Shown here in pieces: positions 1 through 12,303 of a stretch of DNA of 64,000 bases. The stretch is from Phoronis australis (Eukaryota > Animalia > Phoronida): positions 292,670 through 356,669 of the forward strand of contig NMRA01000466.1 in NCBI GenBank assembly GCA_002633005.1. Reading direction: 5' to 3'. The translations under genes were made by a program, and so were the position numbers. Numbering within the stretch: the first letter of the stretch is position 1; every line of letters begins with the position of its first letter. Below the pieces are notes generated by a model. The model was not told the DNA's origin. It did no database searches and worked only from the letters and a program-made list of their open reading frames with translations.

Positions 1-567
1 GAAATAACAGTCAATGATCCTTCTGATTGATGTATTTGAATGACAATACGACGCATTTTGGTGAGTTTTCCCGCAACTGCTTCCATCACATTACATTTGG
101 TAATTGCCACTCCCCTGAAAACATAAAAACAATGTTGAACTCAAACACAGTGGTCACTATGCCTCAAAGTGGAATCGGTCTTGTAAGCTTCAAGGGCAAT
201 GACAGGCTGTATTATCATAGGAGTGTGTTGATCATATTACATGTCACACGGCGTTAGTTTCAGTGTCTAAGTTAGTCTAGTGGTTCAGACAAGTCTAGAC
301 TATTTAATGTCACCAAATTAAATTCTGAAAAAGGTATATGACAAAGATGTTAATAAGACCGAGCAATTCTGACCTTAAAAAGAATATTTCGTTGTGCGTG
401 GTCTGCGTTATACAGCCTTAAAAAGGTTTTTCCGACTCGTAGATTGCCCTACATGTATATCAATTTTCAGAAAGAGGTCAGTGAGAATAATCAATTGCGT
501 ACGAGTGTATACGTGTTCTAGAGTATCCTCAAAGTTGATATCAATTTCATTTGAAACCTATTTTCAG

Positions 568-690
568 ACATTCACGAGTGCAATAATGGTAGCCACAATT
601 GCCACCGTAATGCTACCTGTGAGAATGATATCGGCACATTCTTTTGTACTTGCGTTGAAGGTTACACAGGAAACGGTGTCAACTGCACTG
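568..690 (+). CDS. cbEGF exon, type C
   Basis: ttttcag|..|gtaagg; DIHECNNGSHNCHRNATCENDIGTFFCTCVEGYTGNGVNCT. Confidence 0.93.
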
Positions 691-1578
691 GTAAGGCGAC
701 CACCGAAGTCGATAAGAGATGCACCTTACTTCAATTTCCCGTAACACCGTCCAGGGACAGTATTTGTTAACATGTGTCTGAAGAAGTTTTTGGCAAGCTA
801 TTACTGAGTGGCTGTCATGGAATGTTGTTTTTTGTGTGTTTGTTTTGACGTTGTTATCTGTATGTCTGTGTAAGTACTCTGTAAGCAGAAATCATCAAGC
901 AGTGGTTCCGTATGCTCATAACATTTGTTATTGTGTTAACGATTTTATTTTTAACATCACTTGTTGGATAATCAACCCCATTATATCTGTCGTAATTTCT
1001 TAATAACACGGCCTTTCTGCTGCGCAGTGCAATGTAGAGGTGGACGCATGAATTGTGTTGTGCTCATATGTATGAATAATTATTATCGATTATAAATTAA
1101 TGTGGAAATGCCTTTATCACTGAAAACTTTGTTCTGATTTGCCTCAAAATTGTAACAGGTGTACATGTAGGTATACGTTATGACGTAGATCTCCTTTTTA
1201 TCCATGATTTCTGGATTCATTCCGTTTCTTTGATAGACAATGAGTACATTTCTCGTAATGGCGGAAGAGTCAGTTATATTATTTTTATTTACTAATTTTG
1301 CCACTGTGTCCAAACGAAATTGATATTAATTAATTTTAGTACAGAAGAGCTACAATTTCAAGTAAGTTTAAGACCACTTTGAAAATTACTATCGACTTCA
1401 GTCATGCAATTAATTTAAGCAAAATAGTGGTGTAAAATAAGAACCTTGTACGTGTGAAATACTTTGTTGCAATCTTTACGGAAGTCTGTGAAAATTTCAA
1501 CATTCTTTCTGTTCTGTTCTGTTTGTCTGCGGCGTTCTTACTGACTCGTTTTCTACTGTAAATTATTGATAATTTCAG

Positions 1579-1698
1579 ATATCGACGAGTGTTCCATCGA
1601 CAGTACATGTTCTGCTAACGCCATATGTAGTAACAGTGACGGCAGATTTACTTGTACCTGTTTAAGTGGTTACTCAGAAAACGGGACAAGTTGTGACG
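1579..1698 (+). CDS. cbEGF exon, type A
   Basis: tttcag|..|gtgaga; DIDECSIDSTCSANAICSNSDGRFTCTCLSGYSENGTSCD. Confidence 0.9.
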
Positions 1699-1906
1699 GT
1701 GAGAGTTCTTTTGGAAATGATAATATGAAATTGTGATGTTGTTTGAGGCTTAGGTTTCGTAGTAAATTGATTTTTTTGAAAACAAACGAGACAAATTTGG
1801 AAAGACGTCAGCTACACACTGGCCAGCTTGCAGAAGCATGTTGTAAGTGTTATTTAGAGATTTTAAGTCGCATAGTAAGTGTTTTGTCTAAATTTGTAGG
1901 TAATTA

Positions 1907-2408
1907 TTGGGGACAAATAAAACAACAAGAAGAATGTATATTTTAAGTTGTATTGGGAATTTCAGGGTCACAGCTCTACAAATAAATATTTCACAGAAGG
2001 AACCAGATGGGTTCCTTAATTACAAGAGATAACACACACATTTCCGATACCCTAAATACAATTTGAGTATCGGATGCTAAGTGGCACAGGTTAGCATAGT
2101 ACCAAATGGGTACATATTACCAAATGGGTATTGGCCGATTGCCTACCAACTGGGTCGAGCAAAATGGCAAATTCAATAACAAGTACCAAGTGGGTACAAA
2201 CTGCCAAATGGGCAAATATCATATAAAGTACCAAGTGGGTACACTAAACAGCCAACTGGGCTATAACAACCTGCAAAGCAGGGTTCCAGACAAGCTGAGT
2301 GAGCAGACCAGCCGGAGTGATAAAAACAGATATTGTAAGGAACGTTGTGTTGAGGCTCAGTATGTGCCACATGGGCAGGGTTGTTTATGGATGAACAATC
2401 CTGTCCAC
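1907..2408. repeat. ~500-bp hairpin-rich element, copy 1
   Basis: Near-identical to 14755-15255; repeated CC-ANNTG-GG stem-loops. Confidence 0.85.
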
Positions 2409-4062
2409 CGCCACAACCCGCGTGGGGGCCGTGACCCTGGTAGAGGAGTGGCAGGGGTTGGGGAAAAAAGGTAGTCGGAAGAATGAGAAAGGGACCGATG
2501 CCATTCCCGGATTTGCCTCCATAATCATTGAAGCTCATCCCCCCCTTCCGGAGTGCAGGGACGGCGTTCGACTTGGGGCACAGCCCACGAGGACAGTTTG
2601 GATATCTCACGCTGAGCAGTACCGCTCCCGCAGAGCTCGAAACCCAGCCACACCCTGGTTTACGATAGAGCCGGAGTTGCGGTTGGTGTACATTACCGGC
2701 ACCTCTACTGACACCATACCACACCCACTTACCAGACAATCCTATGCCTTTACTACAAGGGAAATTGCATTACATAACAGTGCAGGCACAAACATACCTG
2801 GAGGACCTGCAGTGGTTCCCACCCGAGCATCGCATGATACAAGGCCACCCAACGCTCCCGACCGGGCCTTTCCCGGGTCCAAGTCGCCCCCAAAACCCAT
2901 ATCACACTCACTCGAATCGCAGCAAATCCTGGCGAAATTCAACCGGTTTAGGGCACACTTTAATACCCAAGTTTAGTGCCCCCCCGAGTTACGAATCTAA
3001 TGCACCGTGTAGGAGCTAGGGTAGCTCAGCTGAAGATAACTGACGTTCAGGTTCCTATGTGGTCATGTAGAGAGATTATGCGCAACTGTTGGTATTGCAG
3101 TGGCACGATTAACTTGCGAACCAGAAAAGGTGGGCGGTGTGACAATGGCTGATAGCATGTGCTGTTAGGGAAACTCGCTGCAAAATTGTACTCAGAAAAT
3201 GGACATGTTTTCCGAAAACGAAAAGATTGTTAAAGTTATATTTTGGATGTTATTTTTTGTATTTATTAATTGTTTTTGGTTTTGTTTTGTTAAAGTTAGG
3301 AAAGAAGTGATGGTGCGGAATGGTAAAGCGCCATCAGCATGGTAGATGTGATTCCATGTTAAGTTTCATGAACAGATCTAAAATCAGTATTCAAAAAGTG
3401 CTTTTTATTTGATGCTGCTTTTGATATGAAAACCGACAGTTTGATAATAATCAGTAATTAAAACGCTAAATTTCTATGACATGATATTGAAAAACAAGCC
3501 CGTTTAGACTAACGAACAACGGCGGTAGCATGGTTTCCATTTCGGGTGATTCCCATGGGCTGGTTTGGGGATACCATTTAGCAAATTTTCGAGCGTTTCA
3601 TCCCCAGAACCAGAAAGTAAAACATCAACATGTAACCTGCAGGGGAAGGTTAATATCGAAACGAAGTATAGCATGGACAGATAAACCATTAACAGGCAGG
3701 CAAACTTGGATATAAATGTAGCGGGTAAAAATCAAAGTGGTGTGGCATGCGAGTTTCAAGCACAATAAAAAGACACGAGGTTGGCAGTTTTGAAGTATTT
3801 TATTGAAAGTAAACCGTATTTTGTTACATATTAGGCCTGCTATGTAGTTACACAACTACTGTGGACCAAGCTATGTGCCACAGGAAGACCTTCATACGAA
3901 AGCTTGCATGTCTACTATATGGCTAAGGAAAATAAAATATCTAGAAAAACCCTACACAACACAACCATACGAGAAGGCGGCAACAGGGTCTCAGGAATAA
4001 TGATACCGCAAAAAGTCATATAAAATAGACAACACCAAGTACACAAATCAGAAAGTAACCAG

Positions 4063-4425
4063 GGCCCGGTCTCCAATCTCCGTACTCAGACTCATACTCA
4101 TACTCGAGATTTCATACTCAAAATCGTGCTCACTGGAGTCGTACTCAAAAAAGCGTATCCAATGTCGTATTTCGAGTAGACTCCAAACGTACTCAAATCT
4201 GACACTCATACTCGAGTTGCTATGGAACTCTTTATGATGTGAAATGCAAAATCACGCAAAGCCGCGCTGATTCATCGCNAAAACTGAGTATGTGCTCGAA
4301 ATTTCGAGTACAGATTTTTCGAGTATGACATTGAATACACCAAAGCTGAGTCTGTACTCGAGTTGAGTATGAAGTGTGAGTTTGAGCATGATTCGAGTCT
4401 GAGTACGGAGATTGGAGACCGGGCC
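4063..4425. mobile_element. MITE, PIF/Harbinger-like
   Basis: Perfect 31-bp TIR GGCCCGGTCTCCAATCTCCGTACTCAGACTC; CAG on both flanks; internal TACTC/GAGTA sub-repeats; N at 4279. Confidence 0.88.
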
Positions 4426-6149
4426 CAGGTCTACAAAATATGTTTGCCAGTAAAAAGGCCTAGCACCGTATCAATGTGTTCAACGAATAACTAGAGCTAA
4501 GCAAAAGGACAAATAACATTTGTGCCGGCGATGTGAGGAAAAGATGGGCACATCTACATGTAGTCAGTAAATGCAATTGAGCCTAGGGTTCAGGCGTCGT
4601 GAAAGTTTAGTCTAGACAGTTCCATTGGTGGCACGAGGTCATCAGCACTATGCAACAAGTTATTATGTATCGACATGAGAGTGAAACCACAAGCTGGCCC
4701 ATCACCATGAACTCTGGTTCAATGAGCACTCCAACTAAGTTGGGGGTAGTGGAATCCCAGTGTGCTTCGGTGACGAAATTTTAGGAGGTAGGTTAGGCAC
4801 TTTTGGGTGGAATATAGGTAAACAAAATAAAAATTTACAAGATTTGGAAATCGTAAATTAAAAATCTGTGTTAAAATAAGTGAGACACTACTGGTAAGCT
4901 GAGATGAGTTATACGCCTAAACGGGCAGAAGTATCCCACTAGTGTAACTGTGCCGCGCTTTCGAAAACTTGGCGCAGTTACATGGATACTGTTTACTAGT
5001 AGCCCGGGTGTAGTGGCTCCCGGGTTGCAGATGAAAATGACCCTACTTAACCGGCTAACGACAACTGTTAGAGTGACTGGCTTATACATAAGCACACCAA
5101 CATGAACAAGGAATATACGAAAATAGTAAAATAAAGAAAAACAGCTGATGCCATGGGCTCGCTGTGTAGGCACTCGACCGCGGATTTCGTACTCGGATAG
5201 ACTAAACAATTTTATATATCTGAGTTTCGTACGACGAAGCTATGCTCGCCTGAGAAGTAGACAAATTAGCAAGCACGTGTGACGTGATCTCGTCGATCTC
5301 TACGTCCGTCTATCTGCCGCTACGGTAGCCGTCTAATCGAAAATCGTCATGATAGGGAATGCCCGACCACGAAGCGGAACGAAAAAAAAGTTGACGCATT
5401 GCCGCGGTTGGAATAGGTTAAAAATTATTCCAAGAGAACGAAATGTGAAGCATTAGGCGAGACCAATTGCCACGAATCTTTTCAGAAGTTAAACATGTTT
5501 TGCTATCATTAGTTTATTATTATTATTATTATTATTATTAGGTATTATTATTTCTTTGGATTTTTTTTCAAGGATTATTTATTCAGTTTCAGCAATGATT
5601 CAGTGTGCGTTTCATTTTTTCTTATTTTATATGTTTATTTTGTAATTTTTTGATGTTTTTGATTTTGTTTTCATTTTTTTATTCAAAGTATTTTGTTCTT
5701 TTTGAACGGTAGGAACTATGCGAGTCAAAAGCGAAGATAAACATTCGTACACGCGAGGGGCCAGAGGCGAAGTACTTGAAAAGGCCTCAACAAACAAGAT
5801 ATTCAAAGTGTAAGGAACGGTATTTCCGCACTTTTTTTAGAGAAGTCGAATAAAATATAGACGTGGGAGGCGAGGTTTTTTATATTTATTATTTTTTATT
5901 ATTATTTTTTTTAATCTGATAAACCCACCGAAATGGTTGTGTGCTATATCAGGACACTTCAGTGTGAGACGAAGCGCTTTCGAGCTTCACCACACCAGTC
6001 TCCGCCGCGACATGCGATAGATTCCCTTCTAGGTCTCAACCATTGTAAATCCCATATGTTACATCGATATTACCTCCTGTCCTGTTGGAATAGTACCTAG
6101 TAGTCTAGTGTTATGTAATTCCAGTATCAACCATGCACCCAAATTATCA

Positions 6150-6450
6150 GTACGTCTGGACCCTAGGTCACACAAATGTCAAACCGCTGGCACTCAAACG
6201 CATTCTACATGAGCACCCAGACCCCAACTGTGCTGCACTCTTTGTTCAAGGCTTAAAATAGTTTTAGGTTACAATACACGGGCACGAGAAACCGCACCAC
6301 AGCAAGAAACCTAAATATGTAACTCGGACAAACTCATAAAAGAATGGTAGGCCCTGTCCTACCCACCCCATTGATAACCATTGTATCTCGCCGCAGGGTC
6401 TCCCACCCCACGTAGACGGGGGATTGCCGCAAGATATCCCACTTATACCC
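6150..6450 (+). mobile_element. Degenerate DIRS/Ngaro (tyrosine-recombinase retrotransposon) reverse-transcriptase N-terminal fragment
   Basis: Frameshifted translation LKRILHEHPDPNCAALFVQG..FRLQYTGTRNRTTARNL..RMVGP..HPIDNHCISPQGLPPHVDGG..RKISHLYP resembles DIRS-type pol (L..HPD..GFR..Y.GP; GPF..P....ISP.G.VPK..G..R.I.HL.P). Confidence 0.7.
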
Positions 6451-7913
6451 AGTGTTGTGTATCTTACTTTGTCAAATAAAGTAGACACTCCATTAACTAC
6501 GCAGTGAAACGAACAGAATTGAACTGATTTATTCTACATATCACAACAATATATATATACACACAACTACATAACAACATATGATGCGTTACCTATGACA
6601 CACTTCCTATACCAGGAATCGCATGACATAATACCAATTAAACTACTGAACTCATAAACAATATAACAACCTACAAACATCCAGTTACTATGTGACTAAG
6701 TACACAATACTCAGGGAAGTGGTTGTTTGGAGCCAGGGTCATGAACGGAGGCGCCGCTGCGTATTGGCGAGGGATTGGTTTGGCGGTGTTTGAGGGATAT
6801 TAGAATCGAAAGAAATCGGCCGTTAGGAAAGCCATCTGTGGCTAAAAGTAATAAATACGGAAAGTAACTTGTGTCCAGGACAATTAACGACAAACGGGAA
6901 GGAGTCTACTAGGTATAAAATTGGCTAATTAGGAAAATTTAAGTGAACGTACTGTTGCTTGTGGCTGGGCCAAGAGGAAGCTGGAAAGAAAGAACAAACA
7001 GCGCTACCATCGGACTTGGTAGGAACTCACTAGGAGTTGGATATGAAGCATGAAGGGCTGTCTAATGTTATTTGCCCAAATAATAGGATTTATGTCAGAG
7101 TGCCATCAATCTCATTAATTTGAAAACAAACGAGACAAATTTGGGAAGACGTCAGCTACACTCTGGTCAAATTGCAGAAGCATGTTATAAGTTTTAATTA
7201 GAGATTTTAAGCCGCATATAATAAGTGTTCTGTCTAAATTTGTCGGTAGTTAATGGGAAGTTATTGCACTCAGTAGATAATTCATTTTCATGTAATACGC
7301 GTTTACAAAAGGTTTTCGGAAATTCAAAAATTTTGATGCTGTTAGACATTTCGAGTTTTCCCGAGATTTTCTGAACTTTAAAAGGCGTTCTATTTGGAAA
7401 ACAATGTATGTTAATTAACAGGTTTGAGCAGTTTTGTGCCTTGACTCTTTTTTCGTGTTTTGACATGGTGCATGAGGTTTTGATAACAGTTGCGTTGTAC
7501 GTTATTGCACCTTGTATGAGTGAAATAGTTTGTTGAAAACTTGATGAAAGTCTGTGAAAATTTCAATATTCTTTCTGTTCTGTTCTGCTCTGTTCTGTTT
7601 GTCTGCGGCGTGCTTACTGACTCGTTTTCTACTGTAAATTATTGATAATTTCAGATGAGAGTTCGTTTGGAAATGATAATATGAAATTGTGATGTTGTTT
7701 GAGGCTTAGGTTTCGTAGTAAATTGATTTTTTTGAAAACAAACCAGGCAAATTTGGAAAGACGTCAGCTACACACTAGCCAGCTTGCAGAAGCATGTTGT
7801 AATCTTGATGAAAGTCTGTGAAAATTTCAATATTCTTTCTGTTGTGTTCTGTTCTGTTTGTCTGCGGCGTGCTTTCTGACTCGTTTTCTACTGTAAATTA
7901 TTGATAATTTCAG

Positions 7914-8033
7914 ATATCGACGAATGTTCCATCGACAGTACATGTTCTGCTAACGCCATATGTAGTAACAGTGACGGCAGTTTTACTTGTACCTGTTTAA
8001 GTGGTTACTCAGGAAACGGGACAAGTTGTGACG
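7914..8033 (+). CDS. cbEGF exon, type A
   Basis: AG/GT, 120 nt; DIDECSIDSTCSANAICSNSDGSFTCTCLSGYSGNGTSCD. Confidence 0.92.
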
Positions 8034-8647
8034 GTGAGAGTTCTTTTGGAAATGACAAAATGAATTTGTGATGTTGTTTGAAGCTTAGGTTTCGTAGTGA
8101 AATGCTATTAATTTGAAAACAAACGAGACAAATTTGGAAAGACGTCAGCTACACTCTGGTCAAATTGCAGAAGCATGTTGTAAGTTTTAATTAGAGATTT
8201 CAGGTCGCTTATAATAAGTGTTCTGTCTAAATTTGTCGGTAGTTAACATGAAGTTATTGCACTCAGTAGATAATTCATTTTCATTTAAGACGCGTTTGCA
8301 ATAGGTTGTCGGAAATTCAAAAATTGTGATGCTGTAATGCATTTGGAATTTCCCAAAGATTTTTCTGAACTTGAAAAGGCATTCCAATTAGAAAACAATG
8401 CATGTTAATTAGCAGGTTTGAGCAGTTTGTGCCTTGAATCTTTTTTCGTGTTTTAACATGGTGCACGAGGTTTTGATAACTGTTGCGTTGTACGTTTTTG
8501 CACCTTGTATGAGTGAAATAATTTGTTGGAAACTTGACGAAAGTCTGTGAAAATTTCAATAATCCTTTTGTTCTGTTCTGTTCTGATCTGTATTTCTACG
8601 GCGTGCTTCCTGACTCGTTTTCTACTGTAAATTATTGATAATTTCAG

Positions 8648-8767
8648 ATATCGACGAATGTTCCATCGACAGTACATGTTCTGCTAACGCCATATGTAGT
8701 AACAGCGACGGCAGTTTTACTTGTACCTGTTTAAGTGGTTACTCAGGAAACGGGACAAGTTGTGACG
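8648..8767 (+). CDS. cbEGF exon, type A
   Basis: AG/GT, 120 nt, six Cys intact. Confidence 0.92.
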
Positions 8768-9605
8768 GTGAGAGTTCTTTTGGAAATGATAAAATGAATT
8801 TGTGATGTTGTTTGAGGCTTAGGTTTCCTATAATGAAATGATGTTAATTTGAAAAGAAACGAGACAAATTTGGAAAGACGTCAGCTGCACATGGTCAAAT
8901 TGCAGACGCATGTTGAAAGTGTTAATTAGAGATTTTAAGTCGCATATAATAAGTGTTCTGTCTAAATTTGTCGGTTGTTAAAGGGAAGTTATTGCACTCA
9001 GTAGATAATTCATTTTCATGTAATACGCGTTTGCAATAGGTTTTCGGAAATTCAAAAATTGTGATGCTGTAAGACATTTTGATTTTCCCCGAGATTTTTC
9101 TGAACTTTTAAAAGCATTCTAATTAAAAAACAATGTATGTTAATTAACAGGTTTGAGCAGTTTTGTGCCTTGAATCTTTTTTCGTGTTTTGACATGGTGC
9201 ATGAGGTTTTGATAACAGTTGCGTTGTACGTGTTTGAATGAGTTGGATCGTCGATGGTTGACAATTTGATATCATAATCGCGTGTAATATTGACGATGCA
9301 CCCTTATTTCGTACCTGCATCAACAAATTTCTGCTATTAAGTGTAATTTCAAGATCACATGTCTTTGGCAATTTGCGTATGTGCATGTGTATACACCATA
9401 CTCAGTACTGTTTGCGACAGATTTTTCACTTCGCCATTCAGGCTACTCCCTTGAAAACTAAGACTTCGAAATCGCTAACATTTTTTAAGAAAAGAGAGTT
9501 ACATGTATGTCAAAAACTTTTTAATAAAGCTGTCATATCCAACACTCACTAGTTCTAAATGTTTCACATTTGCGTCGGGCTAGCACTCACCTTTCTTGTT
9601 TTCAG

Positions 9606-9728
9606 ATATTAATGAGTGTGAAAGTGGGCAAAATACGTGCCATTCCAACGCTACGTGTTTTAACACCGTCGGCGGCTTCAACTGTACTTGTAAAACAGGT
9701 TTCTTTGGGAACGGAGTGAATTGTTACG
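9606..9728 (+). CDS. cbEGF exon, type B
   Basis: DINECESGQNTCHSNATCFNTVGGFNCTCKTGFFGNGVNCY; AG/GT. Confidence 0.92.
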
Positions 9729-10448
9729 GTAGAGTATTTCGGTAGCATTATGTATGTTAAGGGATAACAAGTACGCTGCATATGTGCTCATTTTTCATCG
9801 ACTAAGATGTGAAATTATTACTCTCTTGGTGATGTGGCAAAATCTTAAGATCAACCGATCATGTTAGATTCGTTAAATAACGATGGCTGAGATTAGAAAT
9901 AAAGGTCAATGATCCTTCTGATTGATGTATTAAAATGACACTACTTTTTGTGAGTTTTCCCACAACTGCTTCCATCCCATTACATTTGGTAATTGCCACT
10001 ACCCTGAAAACATAAAAGCAATGTTGAGCTCAAACACTGTGGTCACTATGCCTTAAAGTAGAATCGGTATTGTAGGCTTCAAAGCCAATGGCAGGCTGTA
10101 ATATCGTAGGGGCGTGTCGATTATATTACATGCTACAGGCGTTAGTTTCAGTGTCTAAAAAGCCTAGTGATTAAGACAAGTCTAGACTATTTATTGTCAC
10201 CAAATTAAATTCTGAAAAAGGCATAGGACAAATAGGTTAATGAGACAGAGCAATTCGGTCCTTTAAAAGAATATTTTGTTGTGCGTGCTCTGCGTGATAC
10301 AGCCTTAAAAGTTTTTTCCGACGCGTAGATGGCCCTGCATCAATTTTCAGACAGAGCTCAGTGAGAATTGATCAATGGCTTACGAGTGCATACGTGTTCT
10401 AGAGTGTCCTCAAGGTTGATATCAATTTTCTCTGAAACTTATTTTCAG

Positions 10449-10571
10449 ACATTCACGAGTGCAATAATGGTAGCCACAATTGCCACCGTAATGCTACCTG
10501 TGAGAATGATATCGGCACATTCTTATGTATTTGCGTTGAAGGTTACACAGGAAACGGTGTCAACTGCACTG
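10449..10571 (+). CDS. cbEGF exon, type C
   Basis: DIHECNNGSHNCHRNATCENDIGTFLCICVEGYTGNGVNCT. Confidence 0.92.
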
Positions 10572-11448
10572 GTAAGGCGACCACCGAAGTCGATAAGATA
10601 CGCACCTTATTTCAATTTCCCGTAACACCGTCCAGGGACAGTATTTGTTAACATGTGTCTGAAGAAGTTTTTGGCAAGCTATTACTCAGTGGCTGTCACT
10701 GAATGTTGTTTTTGTGTGTTTATTTTGACGTTGTTATCTGTATGTCTGTGTAAGTACTTTGTAAGCAGAAATCATCAAGCAGTTGTTCCGTATGCTCATG
10801 ACATTGGTTATTGTTTTAAAATTTTATTTTTAACATCAATTGTTGGATAATCTGTCCCATTATATCTGTCGTAATTTCTTAATAACTGCCTTTCTGCTGC
10901 GCAGTGCAATGTAGGTGTGGACGCATGAATTGTGTTGTGCTCCTAAGTATGAATAATTATTATCGATTAGGAATTAATGTGGAAGTGCCTTTATCACTGA
11001 AACCTTTGTTCTGACTTGCCTCAAAATTGTAACAGGTGTACATGTAAGTATACTTTACGTCATAGATCCCCTTTGTATCCATGCTTTCTGGATTCATGCC
11101 GTTGCTTTGATAGACAATGACTACCTTTCTCGTAATCGCGCAAGAGTCAGTTATATTATTTTTATTTACTTATTTTGCCATTGTGTTAAAGCGATTTTGA
11201 TATTAATGAATTTTAGTACAGAAGAATTACAGTTCCAAGTAAGTTTAAGACCACTTTGAAAATTACTATCGATTTCAGTCATGCGATTAATTTAAGCAAA
11301 ATAGTGGTGTAAAATTAGCACTCTGTATGAGTGAAATCTTTTCTTGAAATCTTTACTGAAGTCTGTGAAAATTTCAACGTTCTTTCTGTGCTGTTTCTCT
11401 ACGGTGTGCCTATTTAGTCCTTTTCTACTGTAAATTACTTAATTTCAG

Positions 11449-11568
11449 ATATCGACGAGTGTTCCATCGACAGTACATGTTCTGCTAACGCCAAATGTAG
11501 TAACAGTGACGGCAGTTTTACTTGTACGTGTTTAAGTGGTTACTCAGGAAACGGGACAAGTTGTGAGG
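11449..11568 (+). CDS. cbEGF exon, type A (NAKC variant)
   Basis: AG/GT, 120 nt. Confidence 0.92.
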
Positions 11569-12183
11569 GTGAGAGTTCTTTTGGAAATGATTAAAGGAAT
11601 TAGTGATGTTGTTTGAGGCTTAGGCTTCGTAGTGAAATGCTGTTAATTTGAAAACAAACCAAACAAATTTGGAAAGACGTCAGCTACACACTGGCCAGCT
11701 TGCAGAAGCATGTTGTAAGTGTTAGTTAGAGATCTTAAGTCGCATATAATAAGTGTTCTGTCTAAATTTGTCGGTATTTAAAGGGAAGTTATTGCACTCA
11801 GTAGATAATTCGCTCTCATGTAATACGCGTTTGCAATAGGTTTTCAGAAATTCAAAAGTTTTGGTGATGTAAGACACTTCGAATTTTCCCGAGATTTTTC
11901 TGAACTTTTAAAGGCATTCTAATTAGAAAACAATGTATGTTAATTAACAGGTTTGAGCAGTATTGTGCCTTGGCTCTTTTTTCGTGTTTTGACATGGTGC
12001 ATGAGGTTTTGATAACAGGTGCGTTGTACGTTTTTGCACCTTGTATGAGTGAAATACTTTGTTTGAATCTTGATGAAAGTCTGTGAAAATTTCAATATTC
12101 TTTCTGTTCTGTTCTGTTCTGTTCTGTTTGTCTGCGGCGTGCTTTCTGACTCGTTTTCTACTGTAAATTATTGATAATTTCAG

Positions 12184-12303
12184 ATATCGACGAATGTTCC
12201 ATCGACAGTACATGTTCTGCTAACGCCCTATGTAGTAACAGTGATGGCAGTTTTACTTGTACCTGTTTAAGTGGTTACTCAGGAAACGGGACAAGTTGTG
12301 AGG
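12184..12303 (+). CDS. cbEGF exon, type A (NALC)
   Basis: AG/GT, 120 nt. Confidence 0.92.

Larger units (their letters stand above)
1907..7080. mobile_element. Composite 5.2-kb intronic insertion (hairpin-array left end, nested MITE, DIRS/Ngaro-like remnant)
   Basis: Interrupts the A-unit intron after TA; ends TTGGGGACAAATAA / TTATTTGCCCAAA followed by TA; host intron resumes near 7115. Confidence 0.6.

Noticed and set aside
3504-3640. Minus-strand terminal exon behind a ttcccctgcag acceptor
   Set aside because: No recognisable domain and no supporting partner exons
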